From contig CAWCKH010000001.1 of the NCBI GenBank assembly GCA_963796055.1, positions 96,001 through 160,000 on the forward strand: a stretch of 64,000 nucleotides of DNA, given 5' to 3'. How positions within the stretch are numbered: the first letter of the stretch is position 1; the number at the start of each line of letters is the position of its first letter. This document shows, piece by piece, positions 29,790 to 42,990 of this stretch. The translations under genes were made by a program, and so were the position numbers. This DNA is from an uncultured delta proteobacterium. GTDB taxonomy: Bacteria; Myxococcota; Myxococcia; Myxococcales; Myxococcaceae. The notes under the pieces were generated by a model, which was not told the DNA's origin, did no database searches, and worked only from the letters and a program-made list of their open reading frames with translations.

Positions 29790-30887
29790 TTGGGGACGGA
29801 CCTGGAACGAGAGCTGGCGGACATCCGCCGCGAGGTGATCGAGGGGCGCAACCTCGTCATCCGCACCGACAACCTCCTGAAGACGCTTCACTCGGAGGTG
29901 AAGGCCTTCGGCGCGAGGCAGAAGGAGTTCGAGCGGCGGCAGATGCTCTCCTCGGCCGCGGCCTACGCCCTCTTCGTGCTGCTGGCCGGCACCGCAGCCC
30001 TGCTGCTCTCCGGCGCCCGGGCCTCGGCGGCCAACGGGGAGCGGGACAAGGCGGTCGCCGAGCTGAAGGCGCTCACCCAGTCCATCGAGAAGGAGCGAGC
30101 CGATCAGTCTGCCGTCGCCGCTGCCCGCCGCTCGGCGACCGAGGCGTATCGGATGATGACCGAGCTGCCCGGTGACCGGCGGCTGGAGGGCATCACCGCC
30201 CTGTCCAAGGTGGATCAGAGCAAGCTCGATCCGCTCGAGCGCCAGGCGCTGGCGGACCGGGCCGCGGCCCTCCGGCACGAGCTGGGACAGACCGCCTTCG
30301 AGCGAGGGAAGGCCGCGTTCCGGCGCAACGAGTGGGCGGCGGCCACCGAGGACCTCTCCCGCTTCCTGGCGATGCAGCCCGCGGAACCCGAGCAGCTCGA
30401 GGCGTCCTTCATGCTGGGCAACGCGCTGGTCCAGCAGCGCAAGTACGAACCGGCCATCGCCCCCCTCAAGACGTTCGTGGAGAAGGACCGCCGGAGCAAG
30501 AACCGCGAGTGGGCGATGACCCTGCTCGCGCAGGCCTACGAGCAGACCGGGAAGCCGGAGCAGGCCGCGGCGGTGGCCCGCGAGGCGCTGGGGATGTACC
30601 CCGCCTCGCAGTTCACCCCGATGCTGAAGGCCCGGCTCTCCGCGGCCAAGCGCGCCCTGTCGGGCACCGAGGGCGCCGATGGCGGGGTCACCACCGGGGC
30701 CACCGGCAACCCGGCGGTCCCCCCGGCCGCCGCGCCCGCCCCGGCCACCGCGGCAGCCACCGAGCGGGGCGATGCCGGTGCCACCGCTCCGAGGCCCCGT
30801 CCGGCGGCGTTCAAGACCGCCGCCGAGTCCTCGGCCGGCCTGCTGCCTCCGGCGGGGAACGCCACCGCCCCCGCTCGGCAGCCCTGA
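29790..30887 (+). CDS. Membrane-anchored TPR protein (CpoB/BamD-like repeats)
   Basis: TTG after GAGGA; N-terminal coiled coil, one TM segment, TPR helices ending YPASQF. Confidence 0.75.
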   Translation: MGTDLERELADIRREVIEGRNLVIRTDNLLKTLHSEVKAFGARQKEFERRQMLSSAAAYALFVLLAGTAALLLSGARASAANGERDKAVAELKALTQSIEKERADQSAVAAARRSATEAYRMMTELPGDRRLEGITALSKVDQSKLDPLERQALADRAAALRHELGQTAFERGKAAFRRNEWAAATEDLSRFLAMQPAEPEQLEASFMLGNALVQQRKYEPAIAPLKTFVEKDRRSKNREWAMTLLAQAYEQTGKPEQAAAVAREALGMYPASQFTPMLKARLSAAKRALSGTEGADGGVTTGATGNPAVPPAAAPAPATAAATERGDAGATAPRPRPAAFKTAAESSAGLLPPAGNATAPARQP

Positions 30888-30893
30888 ACGGCC

Positions 30894-31388
30894 ATGGCCC
30901 GCACCGCGCCTGCGCGAGACCCACGCTACCGCCCGTTCCGGGTGGCGGTCCTGGCGGTCTACCTGGTCGTGGTGTCGGTCTTCTGCATCCTCATCACCGC
31001 CAGCGTCTTCCGGTCGGCGCGGGCGATGAGCCCGCGGCGCGAGCCCATCCGGACCGCGACCCTCGGCCGGGAGGCATGCACCGGGCGCGCCTCGGAGCTC
31101 CTCGACGAGATGGAGCGCCAGCGGCGGGCGCTCACCGGCATCACCCCCGCCTCCCGGGCGGACACCACCTGGATGTCGTTCCGGGTGGAGTGGCTGGACC
31201 GGCTCCGGCAGGCCGAGCACAGCTGCGGCGTGGACGCCCCGGAACGGCAGGATCTCGCCGCGCTCTTCCGGCAGCTGGAGCACCTCGAGGACCTCTACAC
31301 GACCTCGGCGGTCCAGTACGCGGGGGAGATCGGTCCGGCGCTGGACCGCTTCCACGGGATGATGGCCCGGGCGCGCGCGACGCAGTGA
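30894..31388 (+). CDS. Hypothetical single-pass membrane protein
   Basis: TM segment VAVLAVYLVVVSVFCILIT, helical C-terminus with two Cys. Confidence 0.75.
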   Translation: MARTAPARDPRYRPFRVAVLAVYLVVVSVFCILITASVFRSARAMSPRREPIRTATLGREACTGRASELLDEMERQRRALTGITPASRADTTWMSFRVEWLDRLRQAEHSCGVDAPERQDLAALFRQLEHLEDLYTTSAVQYAGEIGPALDRFHGMMARARATQ

Positions 31389-31410
31389 GGAGGGATCGCC
31401 GCCCCCGTTG

Positions 31411-32957
31411 CTACTGCTGGGGCAGGAGGATGCGCACCTCTCCGCTCTCGTCCGAGACGTCCTCGCCGAGGAGCAGGGCGCGGGCCGTGCCATCCTCCAG
31501 CGTCTGCTGCCGGTAGATCCGCACCAGCGCCTGGGGCACCACCTGGCCGGCGTCGCGCAGAACCCGCGCGGTGAGCGTGCGCCCGGTGGGAAGGGTCAGC
31601 GGCTCCAGCTGCGCTCCGTCCATGGTGACCCGGACCAGCCGGCGGGCCACCGGAAGCGGGGCGCCGGGCTGCACCTCCAGCTGGTAGACGGCCGGATCGA
31701 GCCGCACGGCGAAGCTGCCGGCCTGGCTCGTCTCGCCCGAGGCCCCGGCCGGCGGCAACGGGGTCACCCCATCCGCGGGAAACAGCGGGTCGGCGCGCAG
31801 CGCAGCACCCGCGAGCGGCCCTGCGTCCGGCAGGAGCAGCGCGCCCCGGAGCACCGGGCGAGCCGGGCAGGTCCAGGTCCCGACGACCGGCGCGCCGGAC
31901 GGCACGTCCACCGGAGCCCGCAGGAGCCCGGCGATGGAGCCGGGGGGGGGATGATCCACAGCTGGAGCGTGCCCGGTCCGTCCTGGGGCAGCGTGCGGAG
32001 CGAGAAGCCCCCGTCGGCGTCGGAGAACGATGGTCCCACGTTGCCCGAGCCGCCTCCGACCACCGCTCCCTGGATGAAGACGCTGGCCGACGCGACCGGG
32101 GTGCCGTCCGGACCGAGGAGCCGCCCCGAGACCTGGACGGGAGCGACGGCGTCGCCGACGACGAACGGCTGGCCGAAGCGCACCGGGTCGGACACCGGGA
32201 ACGTGGCGACCGCTCCCAGCGCGCCCGGACCCGGGGTGACCTGGAGGAGGGCACCTCCGGCGAGCGTCCCCGTTCCAAACGACAGCTGGAAACTGCCCGT
32301 GGCGTCGGCAGTGCTCCGCGCCGACAGCGGTCGGCCGTCCGGCGCGAGAAGCTGGACCTCGGGTGGGACGGGCTCGGGTTGTCCCGGCCCGGCCAGGACC
32401 GTTCCGGTGACCGTCTGGACCTGTGACGCCGGGAGGAGGTCGAGGGTGAGCGCCATCACCCCCGCGTCCATGCCCACCCCGGTCTGCATCGCCGGGGGCA
32501 CCGTCGGATCGAGCGGGCTCACCACCACCGTGTACACCCCGGTGGAGAGGCCCACCTGGAACACGCCGCTGGCCGCCGCGCCCGCCGTCTGCGCCGTCCG
32601 GTTCACCCCGGGGAGCAAGGTGCTCTCCCCCGAGGCCAGCAGCTGCACGCTGGTGGGGTAGGGTCCCGGGCCCCGACGGACCGTGATCTGGAGCAATTGC
32701 TGATCCGGGATGACCAGCGGCAGGTTTGCCAGGGGGGTGCCCACCGGCAGGTCCACGCTGGTCACTCCGGTCGGCGCCGAAGTGATGACCTCCGCCAGGA
32801 GGTCCGCCGGCAAGGTGCCGCACCCGTCCACGTAGCAGCGCTGCGGGGGACGACAGTCCTGGTCACTGGTGCAGGTCCCCTCCGGTGGGGTCGGCTCACC
32901 GAACAGGTTGCACCCGGCGAGCAGACCGAGGGCTCCGATCGAGCTCCAGCGGCTCAT
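31411..32957 (-). CDS. Beta-rich lipoprotein (carboxypeptidase-regulatory/Ig-like repeats), frameshifted at a C9 run
   Basis: Lipobox LLAGC and Cys-rich CTSDQDC...C...C; coding switches from ORF 31764..32963 to ORF 31411..32823 at the G9 run 31942-31950 (WIIPPP|GSIAGLL). Confidence 0.7.
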
Positions 32958-33496
32958 GGACACGGGCCCGCGAGCACGGTCACCGTCCAGGCGTAGGTGA
33001 CCGCGTAGGTGGGGTCGAGCGCGGTGCCTCCGTCGAGGAGGATCACCTTCCTCGGCTGCGGGTCACGGTTCACCAGCGCCCCGTCCGAGACCAGCACCTC
33101 GACCACGTGATCCCCCGGCTGCTGCAGTGGCCCCGGAGTGGCGAAGCTGACCTCGTAGCTCGCCGGATCGGAGCGGTTCTCCTGTCCGTTGTTGGTGATG
33201 GTCGCCTGCTTCACGAACGCCGGGTTCACGTCCGGGTCGAGGTAGAAGTTGTAGATGAGGGTGTCGCCCACGTCGGGATCCGCGACCGGGGCGAGGAAGG
33301 TCAGGTTGGGGCAGTCGGTCCCGTTCCTCACGGTGACGAAGCGGCTGGCGGGCTGGAGCAGCGACTCGAGGATGCGCGGCGGCTGGTTCCTCGGCGGGGG
33401 CAGCGGCTGGATGACGTGGTCCTCCTGCGGCAGGAGACAGCCCGGGAGCACCAGCGCGGCTCCGAGCAGCGCGACGACGACCCGGCCCGCCATCAC
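32954..33496 (-). CDS. Hypothetical lipoprotein
   Basis: Lipobox LPGC; NQPPRI and VADPDVGD motifs; ATGA overlap with downstream gene. Confidence 0.8.
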   Translation of the reverse strand: MMAGRVVVALLGAALVLPGCLLPQEDHVIQPLPPPRNQPPRILESLLQPASRFVTVRNGTDCPNLTFLAPVADPDVGDTLIYNFYLDPDVNPAFVKQATITNNGQENRSDPASYEVSFATPGPLQQPGDHVVEVLVSDGALVNRDPQPRKVILLDGGTALDPTYAVTYAWTVTVLAGPCP

Positions 33497-35301
33497 CTAG
33501 GGGTCCTCCTCCCGATCGGGGGGCACATCGTCCATCCTCTCCAGGAGGCGGAAGATGGTCCGCGGATCGACGCCCAGCGCGCGCGCGGTCCGGGCGCGGT
33601 TGCCGCCGTGGCGCTTCAGGGCCTCGAGCACGTAGCCCCGCTCGAACGCGTCCTTCGCTTCCTGCAGCGGGGTGAGCGGCGGCGCCTCCTCCGCGGGAAA
33701 GTCCAGATCCTCGGCGCGCACCAGCGGCCCATCCGAGAGCACCACCGCCTTCTTGATGCGGTTCTCGAGCTCGCGCACGTTCCCCGGCCAGGGGTAACGG
33801 CGGATGGCGGCCAGCGCCGCGGGGGTGAAGCCGCGGGCGGTGGTCCGGTAGGTCTCGGCAAAGGACTTCAAGAACCCCCGGGCGAGCACCGCCAGGTCCT
33901 CGCCGCGCTCCCGGAGCGGGGGCACGCGCAGGGTGAGGGTGGCGAGCCGGTAGTAGAGGTCCTCGCGAAAGGTTCCCTTCTTCACCTCGTCCTCGAGCGT
34001 CCGGTGCGTGGCGGCCAGCACCCGGATGTCCACCGGCTCCTCCCGATGGTCGCCCACCTTCTGCACCATCCGGTCTTGCAGTGCCCGGAGCAGCTTCACT
34101 TGCAGCACCGGCGGCATGTCCCCGACCTCGTCGAGGAACAGCGTGCCCCCGCTGGCCTGCTGGAAGCGGCCGGGTCGGGTGGCGACCGCGCCGGTGAAGG
34201 CGCCCTTGACGTGCCCGAAGAGCTCGGACTCGAGCAGCGTCTCCGGCAGCGCACCGCAGTTGATGGCCACGAAGGGCCCGCTCGCCCGGGGGCTGCGCCG
34301 GTGGAGCTCGCGAGCGACCAGCTCCTTGCCGGTGCCGGTCTCACCCACCACCAGGACCGAGAGGTCGGTGGGAGCCACCTTCTCGATCTGTCGATACACC
34401 TCCTGCATCCCCGGGCAGCTGCCGAGGAGGTCGCCGAAGCGCTGCTGCTCCAGCCGTTCGCGGAGCCCGCGGTTGTCGGCACGCAGCTCGTCGAGCAGCA
34501 GGGCGTTCTGCACCAGCAGCGAGGCCTGGGCGGCGAAGATGGTCAGGGTGTCGAGCCCCCCCGGTCGAAGTGGGTGCCCACCCGGTCGCTCCCCACGTAG
34601 ACCAACCCGAACGGCCGGCCCCGCTGCATCAGCGGCACGCAGAGGACCGAGGAGAGCTTGAGGTTGACCACCGAGGTGCTGGCCGAGAACTCGGGGTCGG
34701 CCGTGGCATCCGACACCAGCAGGGGCTCTCCGGTGCGCAGAACGCGGTCCACCACCGTGTCCGAGAGGCGCTGGAGATCCAGTGCCACGTTCTCGCGGGC
34801 CACCTTGCGCGCGACCTTGACCGAGCGTTGCTCGCCCTCGACCAGGACCAGGAAGCCGCGGTCGCCGTGGGTGAGGTCGATCGCCTCGTCCAGGAGCGCC
34901 TCGAGCAGGGCGGTCACGTCGCCCGACTGGAGCAGACGCGCCGAGAAGTCCGTCAGCCGCTTCAGGGTGGAGAGCGCCTCCCGCCCCGGGTCGAACGAGG
35001 GCTCCGCCTGGGCCGGCGCATCGGTCAGGGACAGCGCGATCCAGGTGTCGGCGACCCGCAGGACGTCGCCGTCCTTCATCACGTGCGCCTCGCGCCTCTT
35101 GCCGGCCACCAGGAACGGGGTGCCCACGCTGCCGGCGCGGTAGCTGCGGCCGTCCCAGAGCAGGGTGAGCGCGTGCTCGGCCGCGCCGGCGTCCTCGAGC
35201 CGCACGTCCACCTCGGCCCCCCGGCCCACGGTGGTGATGCGCTTGACGAGAGGCACGCTCCGGACGGCGCCGCCGGGGGAGGTGAGAACCAGCCGGGCCA
35301 T
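33497..35301 (-). CDS. Sigma54-dependent enhancer-binding protein (FHA-GAF-AAA+-HTH), frameshifted at a G7 run
   Basis: GETGTGKE, ESELFGHVKGAFTGA, FLDEVGD, WPGNVRELEN and Fis HTH; FHA+GAF in ORF 34543..35301; frames join at the C7 run 34556-34562. Confidence 0.9.
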
Positions 35302-35304
35302 GGG

Positions 35305-36270
35305 TCAGAAGCGGAGAGTCACGGACGCGCCGACCGTGCCCGGACCGGGACCGATCCGCGCCCCCGGCGGGGGGGACGGCGGCGGCGGGGGCGGCGTCTC
35401 CACCCGGGTGGTCACCACCGTGTCCTGGTGGTGGATGATGGCGTCGGCGACGCCCGCGGCCCACACCCCGTAGAAGCCGAGGCCCGCGCCGATCTTCAGC
35501 GCCCGCCAGACCTTTGCCTCGTCCTCCCGATTGGCCGGGATGCCGGTCTCCACGATGGGCGATGCGCCCGGGAAGCGGTTGTCGACGGTGAGGGTGCGGG
35601 TGTCGACGAGCGAGCCGTAGGCGAAGTAGGCCACGATGCTGGTGATTCCCAGGAGCGCCTCGGCGATGGCGAACCCGGTGCCTGCCGCCACCCGGCCCTG
35701 CTGGAACTGCCCCGCGCCGAAGGGGACGAAGTTCACCAGGAAGCTGCGCTTCTCTACCGTCCGCACCGTCACCTGCCGCGACATCTCCTCGATCTGCCGG
35801 CGCTGCTCCTCGGCCTCCCGGGCGAGCGCGGCGCGCTCCTCGGCCGCCCGCTGGGCCGCGGCGGCCTGCGCCCGGCGCTCGGCGCGGATGCGGTCCAGCT
35901 CCGGGGCGAGCGCCTGCCGCTGCTTCTCGACGAAGGCCACCGCCGCCGGCGGGTAGACGAAGGGATCCAGGGCGAAGTCCGGGTCGAGGCGCAGCAGCGC
36001 GGCGATGTGCCGCTGGGCCTGCTCGGTGCGCCGGAGGTTGAATGCCGCCAGCCCGGCGAGCTTGTGCCACTGGAACAGCGAGGCCTCGTCCATGCCGCCG
36101 CGGTCGATGCGGCGCTCGGCGCGCTCCAGCACATCGCGGTAGTGGCCGAACTCGAACTCGGACTGGACGGCGGCCAGGTCCGCCTCCTCGCGGGCCGCGG
36201 GCGTCTGCTGCCCCTGCGCCGAGGACGCGGCCACCAGGGCGAGGACCGCCCAGCCCGCGCCCCGGCTCAT
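35305..36270 (-). CDS. Secreted/membrane TPR-like protein
   Basis: ATG 36270 overlaps the kinase stop (ATGA); signal peptide MSRGAGWAVLALVAASSAQG; LLRLDPDFALDP; NFVPFGAGQF. Confidence 0.8.
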   Translation of the reverse strand: MSRGAGWAVLALVAASSAQGQQTPAAREEADLAAVQSEFEFGHYRDVLERAERRIDRGGMDEASLFQWHKLAGLAAFNLRRTEQAQRHIAALLRLDPDFALDPFVYPPAAVAFVEKQRQALAPELDRIRAERRAQAAAAQRAAEERAALAREAEEQRRQIEEMSRQVTVRTVEKRSFLVNFVPFGAGQFQQGRVAAGTGFAIAEALLGITSIVAYFAYGSLVDTRTLTVDNRFPGASPIVETGIPANREDEAKVWRALKIGAGLGFYGVWAAGVADAIIHHQDTVVTTRVETPPPPPPSPPPGARIGPGPGTVGASVTLRF

Positions 36271-38130
36271 TCCGGCACCAACTTTCCGCTGAGGGTGCGG
36301 GTGGCGCCTGGAAGGACCTCGATGCTGGAGCGCACCGGGCGGTACCCGGGTGCGGTCACCTCGTAGTCGACGCGGTGGACGAAGCGGGTGGGGGCCCGGG
36401 GCGAGGCGATCTCGAAGGGACTGGCCATCGACTCCGCCGCGGAGCGGGTGACGTTGCCGATGCGGACCTGGGCCGAGGGAGGCTCGAAGGCGAACCGGAG
36501 CTCGGCTGCCTTCAGACGGGCGGGGATGGCGAGGGTCTCGGGCTTCCCGGCGAGGACCTCGATGGGCACCACCTGATCTTCGCACCACTGGCAGCTCACG
36601 CGCAGAACATGGCGGCCGGGGCTGAGCGACAGGGTGTGGACCGACAGCGCCTCGGAGCTCCGGCGCTCGTCGTCGACCTGCAGCGCGCCGTAGGGACGGA
36701 CCAGGATCTGGTAGCGCACGGCAGCCGGGCGGCCGGGCGCCGTCCGCGGGGCGGGCGCGGCGGGGGCAGGCAGAATCCGCTCCGGGCGAGGTGACCGGGA
36801 CGTGACCCGGGGTGGGCCCCAGCGCCGGGAAGGAACCTGGCTTCTCGCGACCACCTGGCTCGGTGTCGGCCGGCTCCACGGCTGCGCCCGAGGGCGTGCT
36901 CGGACCCGGGGCTCGAGGCATGGCCGAAAGGCTGGCGCCGGGGAGGGCGACCGCAGACGTGACCGCCGGTTCGGGCCCACCTTGCAGCCGGACGGCGACC
37001 GTGAGGGCGGCGATCGCGGCGGCGCCGGCACCGAGGCCCACCAGGACCCGGGTGCGGCGCCGGACGCGCCCGTGTCGGAGGCTGGTCTGCAGCGCGTCCA
37101 GCATCGCCCGCGCCGCCGGCGCGTCGGGCTCGAGGGCGAGGGCCTGATCCACCCGGGCCAGCGCCCGGGGAAGCCGGCCCGCCGCGGCCTCCTCCGCCCC
37201 CCGGGCCAGCAAGGTCGAGACCAGCCGTTGCACCAGCGCGGTCCGGGTGGCCGCCGGGTCGGCGAAGAACGAGACGAGGACGGCCTCCCCATCGCCCAGG
37301 CCGAGGTCGTCGAGCGTCTCCGAGAGCGCCTGCTCCAGCTGTCGCGCCGTCGCGTAGCGATCCGCCGGGTCCCGGGCCAGACAGGTCTGAAGGATGCCCA
37401 CCAGCGCGTCGGAGATGGCGGGACAGACCCCCCGCGGATCCTCGTAGGTGCCGGCGAGGATGCGCTTCAAGGTCGCCGGCGTGGTGGGGGCAGCGAAGGG
37501 CAAGGTGCCGGTCCAGAGCCAGTAGAGCAGCGTGCCCAGGGAGAAGACGTCGGACTCGGGCGTGGCCGGATCGCCGTCGATGACCTCCGGCGCCATGTAC
37601 GCCGGAGACCCCACCAGCGCGCCGGTAACCGTCATCCGCTCGGCGGGATCGAGGACCCGGGCGATGCCGAAGTCCATCAGCTTCAGCACGCCGTCGTCGC
37701 GCACCATCACGTTCTCGGGCTTGAGATCCCGGTGGATGACCCCGGCCTCGTGCGCGTGCCCGAGCGCCCGCGCCAGCTGATGGATGACCAGCGCTGCCAG
37801 CTCCGGGGGAAACACCCGCTCGCGCTCGGCGAACGACTTCAGCGTCTCGCCCCGGACCAGCTCCGTGACCAGGAACGCGTCCTCGGTGGACGGGTCGGCG
37901 AAGTCGAACACCTCGAGGATGTTGGGGTGCTGGAGCCGCGCCACCGCGCGGGCCTCACGGGCCAGACGGGCGCGCGCGTCCTGCTGCCGGGCGAGGTGCG
38001 GGTGCAGCACCTTCACCGCGACCTCCCGGTGCAGCGAGGTGTCGAGCCCCCGGTACACCACCGACATGCCTCCCGAGCCCAGTGGCTCGAGCAGCCGATA
38101 GCGCCCCAGGTACCGGCCCTCGAGGCTCAT
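36267..38130 (-). CDS. Hanks-type Ser/Thr protein kinase with TM and extracellular PEGA-like domain, frameshifted in the Pro-rich linker
   Basis: LGSGGMSVVY, VAVK, HRDLKPEN, DFG, YMAPE; the C-terminus (VRYQILVRPYG...PGRHVL...PGYRP) is in ORF 36267..37292, with the shift near 36740-36900. Confidence 0.88.
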
Positions 38131-38323
38131 CCGTCGGAGACTCCTCCGGATGGCACCAACGCCCGGGTGCCACGGAACGTTCCGCACTGTTCCGGGCTGG
38201 CATCGGGAGGGGGCATGTCGGTCTCGGACGGCCCCGGGTGAGGGCCGATTCAGCCCCTGCCCGGTCCGAGCGTTTCCGGCATCTTACGCGTGATGCCCAC
38301 AGGTTCAACGTCCTGGGGCCCGC

Positions 38324-38363
38324 AAAGAGCGATGCCGCCCGGAGCGGACTCCGGACGGCATCG
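38324..38363 (-). terminator. Probable intrinsic terminator downstream of lon
   Basis: 15-bp stem (38330-38344 / 38349-38363, one G-U), 4-nt loop, then CUCUUU on the minus strand. Confidence 0.6.
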
Positions 38364-38393
38364 AGAACTTCACACCCGCGCAACAGCCCTTGC

Positions 38394-40889
<2,496 letters not shown>

Positions 40890-41000
40890 GAAAATTCGCG
40901 CTCCGTTCAGGTGCGTCGGAAACTGCAGCGCCTCGCCTCGTCCCGTACTGCCTGGAACAGAGGCTAGCAATCAAAAGTCCTTGGGTGGGAAACGGTGCAA

Positions 41001-42287
41001 ATGCGGGGTCTAGCGCTTACGGATAGAGCAGAACCGGACGTCGTCAAGCCGCGGGGCCACTGGCCCTGGCTCCTGGTGGCCGGTCTGCTGGGTACGCTCG
41101 GCGGCTGCACGTGCGAGGCGCCGCCGGACCGGGCGGGCTCCACCGTGCCCACGGCCTGCGCCTACGAGGCGCCGCTCTTCGCCCCCGTCCAGACCGACAT
41201 CCTCTTCGTGGTCGACGACAGCAACTCGATGAGCGAGGAGCAGGAGGGCGTCGCCCGCGAGCTGCCCACCTTCGTCCAGGTGCTGCAGACCGGCGCCGGC
41301 GTCGCCCAGAACCTCCGGGTCGGTCTGATCAACACCTCGGTCTACTCGGCCTACTTCAACGGCACCCGGACCTTCCTCACCTCCTACCCACAGGCTGGCT
41401 GGCTGCGTCAGTTCCCGGCGGCGGACGGCGGTGTGGGCGGGGGCGAGCGCTGGCTCACCGATCCCGACCCCGACATCGTCCCGCGCCTCGGCGCCGGCAT
41501 CCGGGCCCTCGGCATCCAGGGCTCGTTCCAGGAGACACCCTTCGAGGCGGCGCGCATCGCGCTGACCGGGACCGACTTCTGGTCCACCTTGCCGGACGGC
41601 GGGAACCCCAACGCGGGCTTCCTCCGGGCGGGGGCACGGCTGCTGGTGGTGGCGGTGAGCGACGAGGACGACTGCAGCGAGAAGGACCACCGCGACCCCA
41701 AGGTCTTCTACACCGATGGCGAGGGGCAGGACTTCTGCACCTTGCACGAGGACCTCCTCACCCCGGTGGGCGACTACATCACCGCGCTCGAGCAGCTGGA
41801 CGACGGCAAGGGACGGCCCCGGGAGATCCTCTGGGGGGCGATCGCGCCGGTGGCCCGCTCGAACAAGGCGGCGCAGAGTGTCCAGGGCGCGCTGGGCGAC
41901 GGCGGGCCGGTGCTCCAGAACGTCGACTGCCCCACCAGCGGCGGCCCCGGCTACCGGCACCGGGCGATGGCCCTGGCGTTCGACCCCACCCTGACCAACC
42001 TCGACTCGATCTGCGCACCGGACTACCACCAGAGCCTGCTGGCCATCGCCCAGGTGGCGTCGATTCCCCAGACCTTGACGCTCACCGACAATGTCCCCGA
42101 CGCCCGTCTCCTCACCGTGGACATCACCCGGGCCGATGGAAACGTCCAGCGATGCACCCTGGCAAACGGCGGGATCGCCCTCGTCGAGGCGACGTCGACC
42201 GAGCCGCCGGCGGTGAGATTCCAGCAGGGCTGTCTCCGCCGCCCGACGGACACCCACGTCGAGGTGAAGCTGCTCTGCGCGGGGTAG
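41001..42287 (+). CDS. vWA-domain lipoprotein
   Basis: Lipobox LGGC; MIDAS-like DILFVVDDSNSM; VSDEDDCS motif common in myxobacterial vWA lipoproteins; start uncertain. Confidence 0.8.
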   Translation: MRGLALTDRAEPDVVKPRGHWPWLLVAGLLGTLGGCTCEAPPDRAGSTVPTACAYEAPLFAPVQTDILFVVDDSNSMSEEQEGVARELPTFVQVLQTGAGVAQNLRVGLINTSVYSAYFNGTRTFLTSYPQAGWLRQFPAADGGVGGGERWLTDPDPDIVPRLGAGIRALGIQGSFQETPFEAARIALTGTDFWSTLPDGGNPNAGFLRAGARLLVVAVSDEDDCSEKDHRDPKVFYTDGEGQDFCTLHEDLLTPVGDYITALEQLDDGKGRPREILWGAIAPVARSNKAAQSVQGALGDGGPVLQNVDCPTSGGPGYRHRAMALAFDPTLTNLDSICAPDYHQSLLAIAQVASIPQTLTLTDNVPDARLLTVDITRADGNVQRCTLANGGIALVEATSTEPPAVRFQQGCLRRPTDTHVEVKLLCAG

Positions 42288-42294
42288 CCCCAGC

Positions 42295-42786
42295 TCAGCG
42301 CTGCGGACCGAGCGCCTGGTCGAGGGCGTCCAGCAAGGCGGCCCGGCCGGCCTCGGGGCGCTCGAGATGCAGGAAGTGGGAGGCGCCGGGAATCTCGAGG
42401 ATGCGCACGCTCCTGGCGTGGACGGCGTCGTGGGCGAACGCCTGGACGTCCTCTGGACGCCCAGAGCCCCCCGGTGGCCCAGCCGAGCAAGGTGACCCTC
42501 CGGGCTCCGGTGCGTGCCAGCACCCTGCGGACGACGGCGTCCACGTCACGCACCACCTCGTGGGAGCGGCAGAGGGGAGGGCTCTGGCTCGACGGGCGCG
42601 ACAGGGCGTCCGGCCGTTCGGAGCGGCCGTAGCCGCGCACGTCGGGAAGGTAGACCCGTGCTCGGGTGCGCAGCGCCAGGTCCTCGGCCAGCGAGCCTCC
42701 GGGCACGCATCCACCGATCGGGTCACGAGCTCGGTGCGCTGAACGGGCGGGGCCGCGGCGAGGAGCAAGGCGAACAGCAGCGACAT
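42295..42786 (-). pseudogene. Decayed alpha/beta hydrolase with internal deletions and frameshifts
   Basis: Signal peptide, then DVRGYGRS...LLGWATGG in another frame, then IPGASHFLHLE in the first frame; about 160 codons, too short for the fold. Confidence 0.75.
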
Positions 42787-42938
42787 GCCCCGGGGTCTAA
42801 TCCCGGGCGGCGGAGCCGACCTCGTGCAAAGGCAGCTGTCGCCCATGCATCCCCTGGGAGCCAGTGACCGCCATCGCACCCGGCTGGCCCCGGCCAGGGC
42901 CCTACGACTCGGCGCTCGGATTGGCGCCGTCAGCCCCC

Positions 42939-42966
42939 GTGACATACTACTGAACGGGCGTATAGA
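42939..42966 (+). promoter_or_regulatory. LexA (SOS) box overlapping the imuA promoter
   Basis: CTGAACGGGCGTATAG at 42950-42965; its reverse complement CTATACGCCCGTTCAG fits the M. xanthus consensus CTRHAMRYBYGTTCAG at 16/16; overlaps GTGACA-16-TATAGA. Confidence 0.85.
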
Positions 42967-42990
42967 ACGGCCCAGGAGGCAGTGCGCATC

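Noticed and set aside
35305..38187. 960-aa kinase-TPR fusion shown in the ORF track
   Set aside because: The middle part is non-protein-like in that frame. The true kinase C-terminus is in another frame, ending at an ATGA overlap with a gene that has its own signal peptide.
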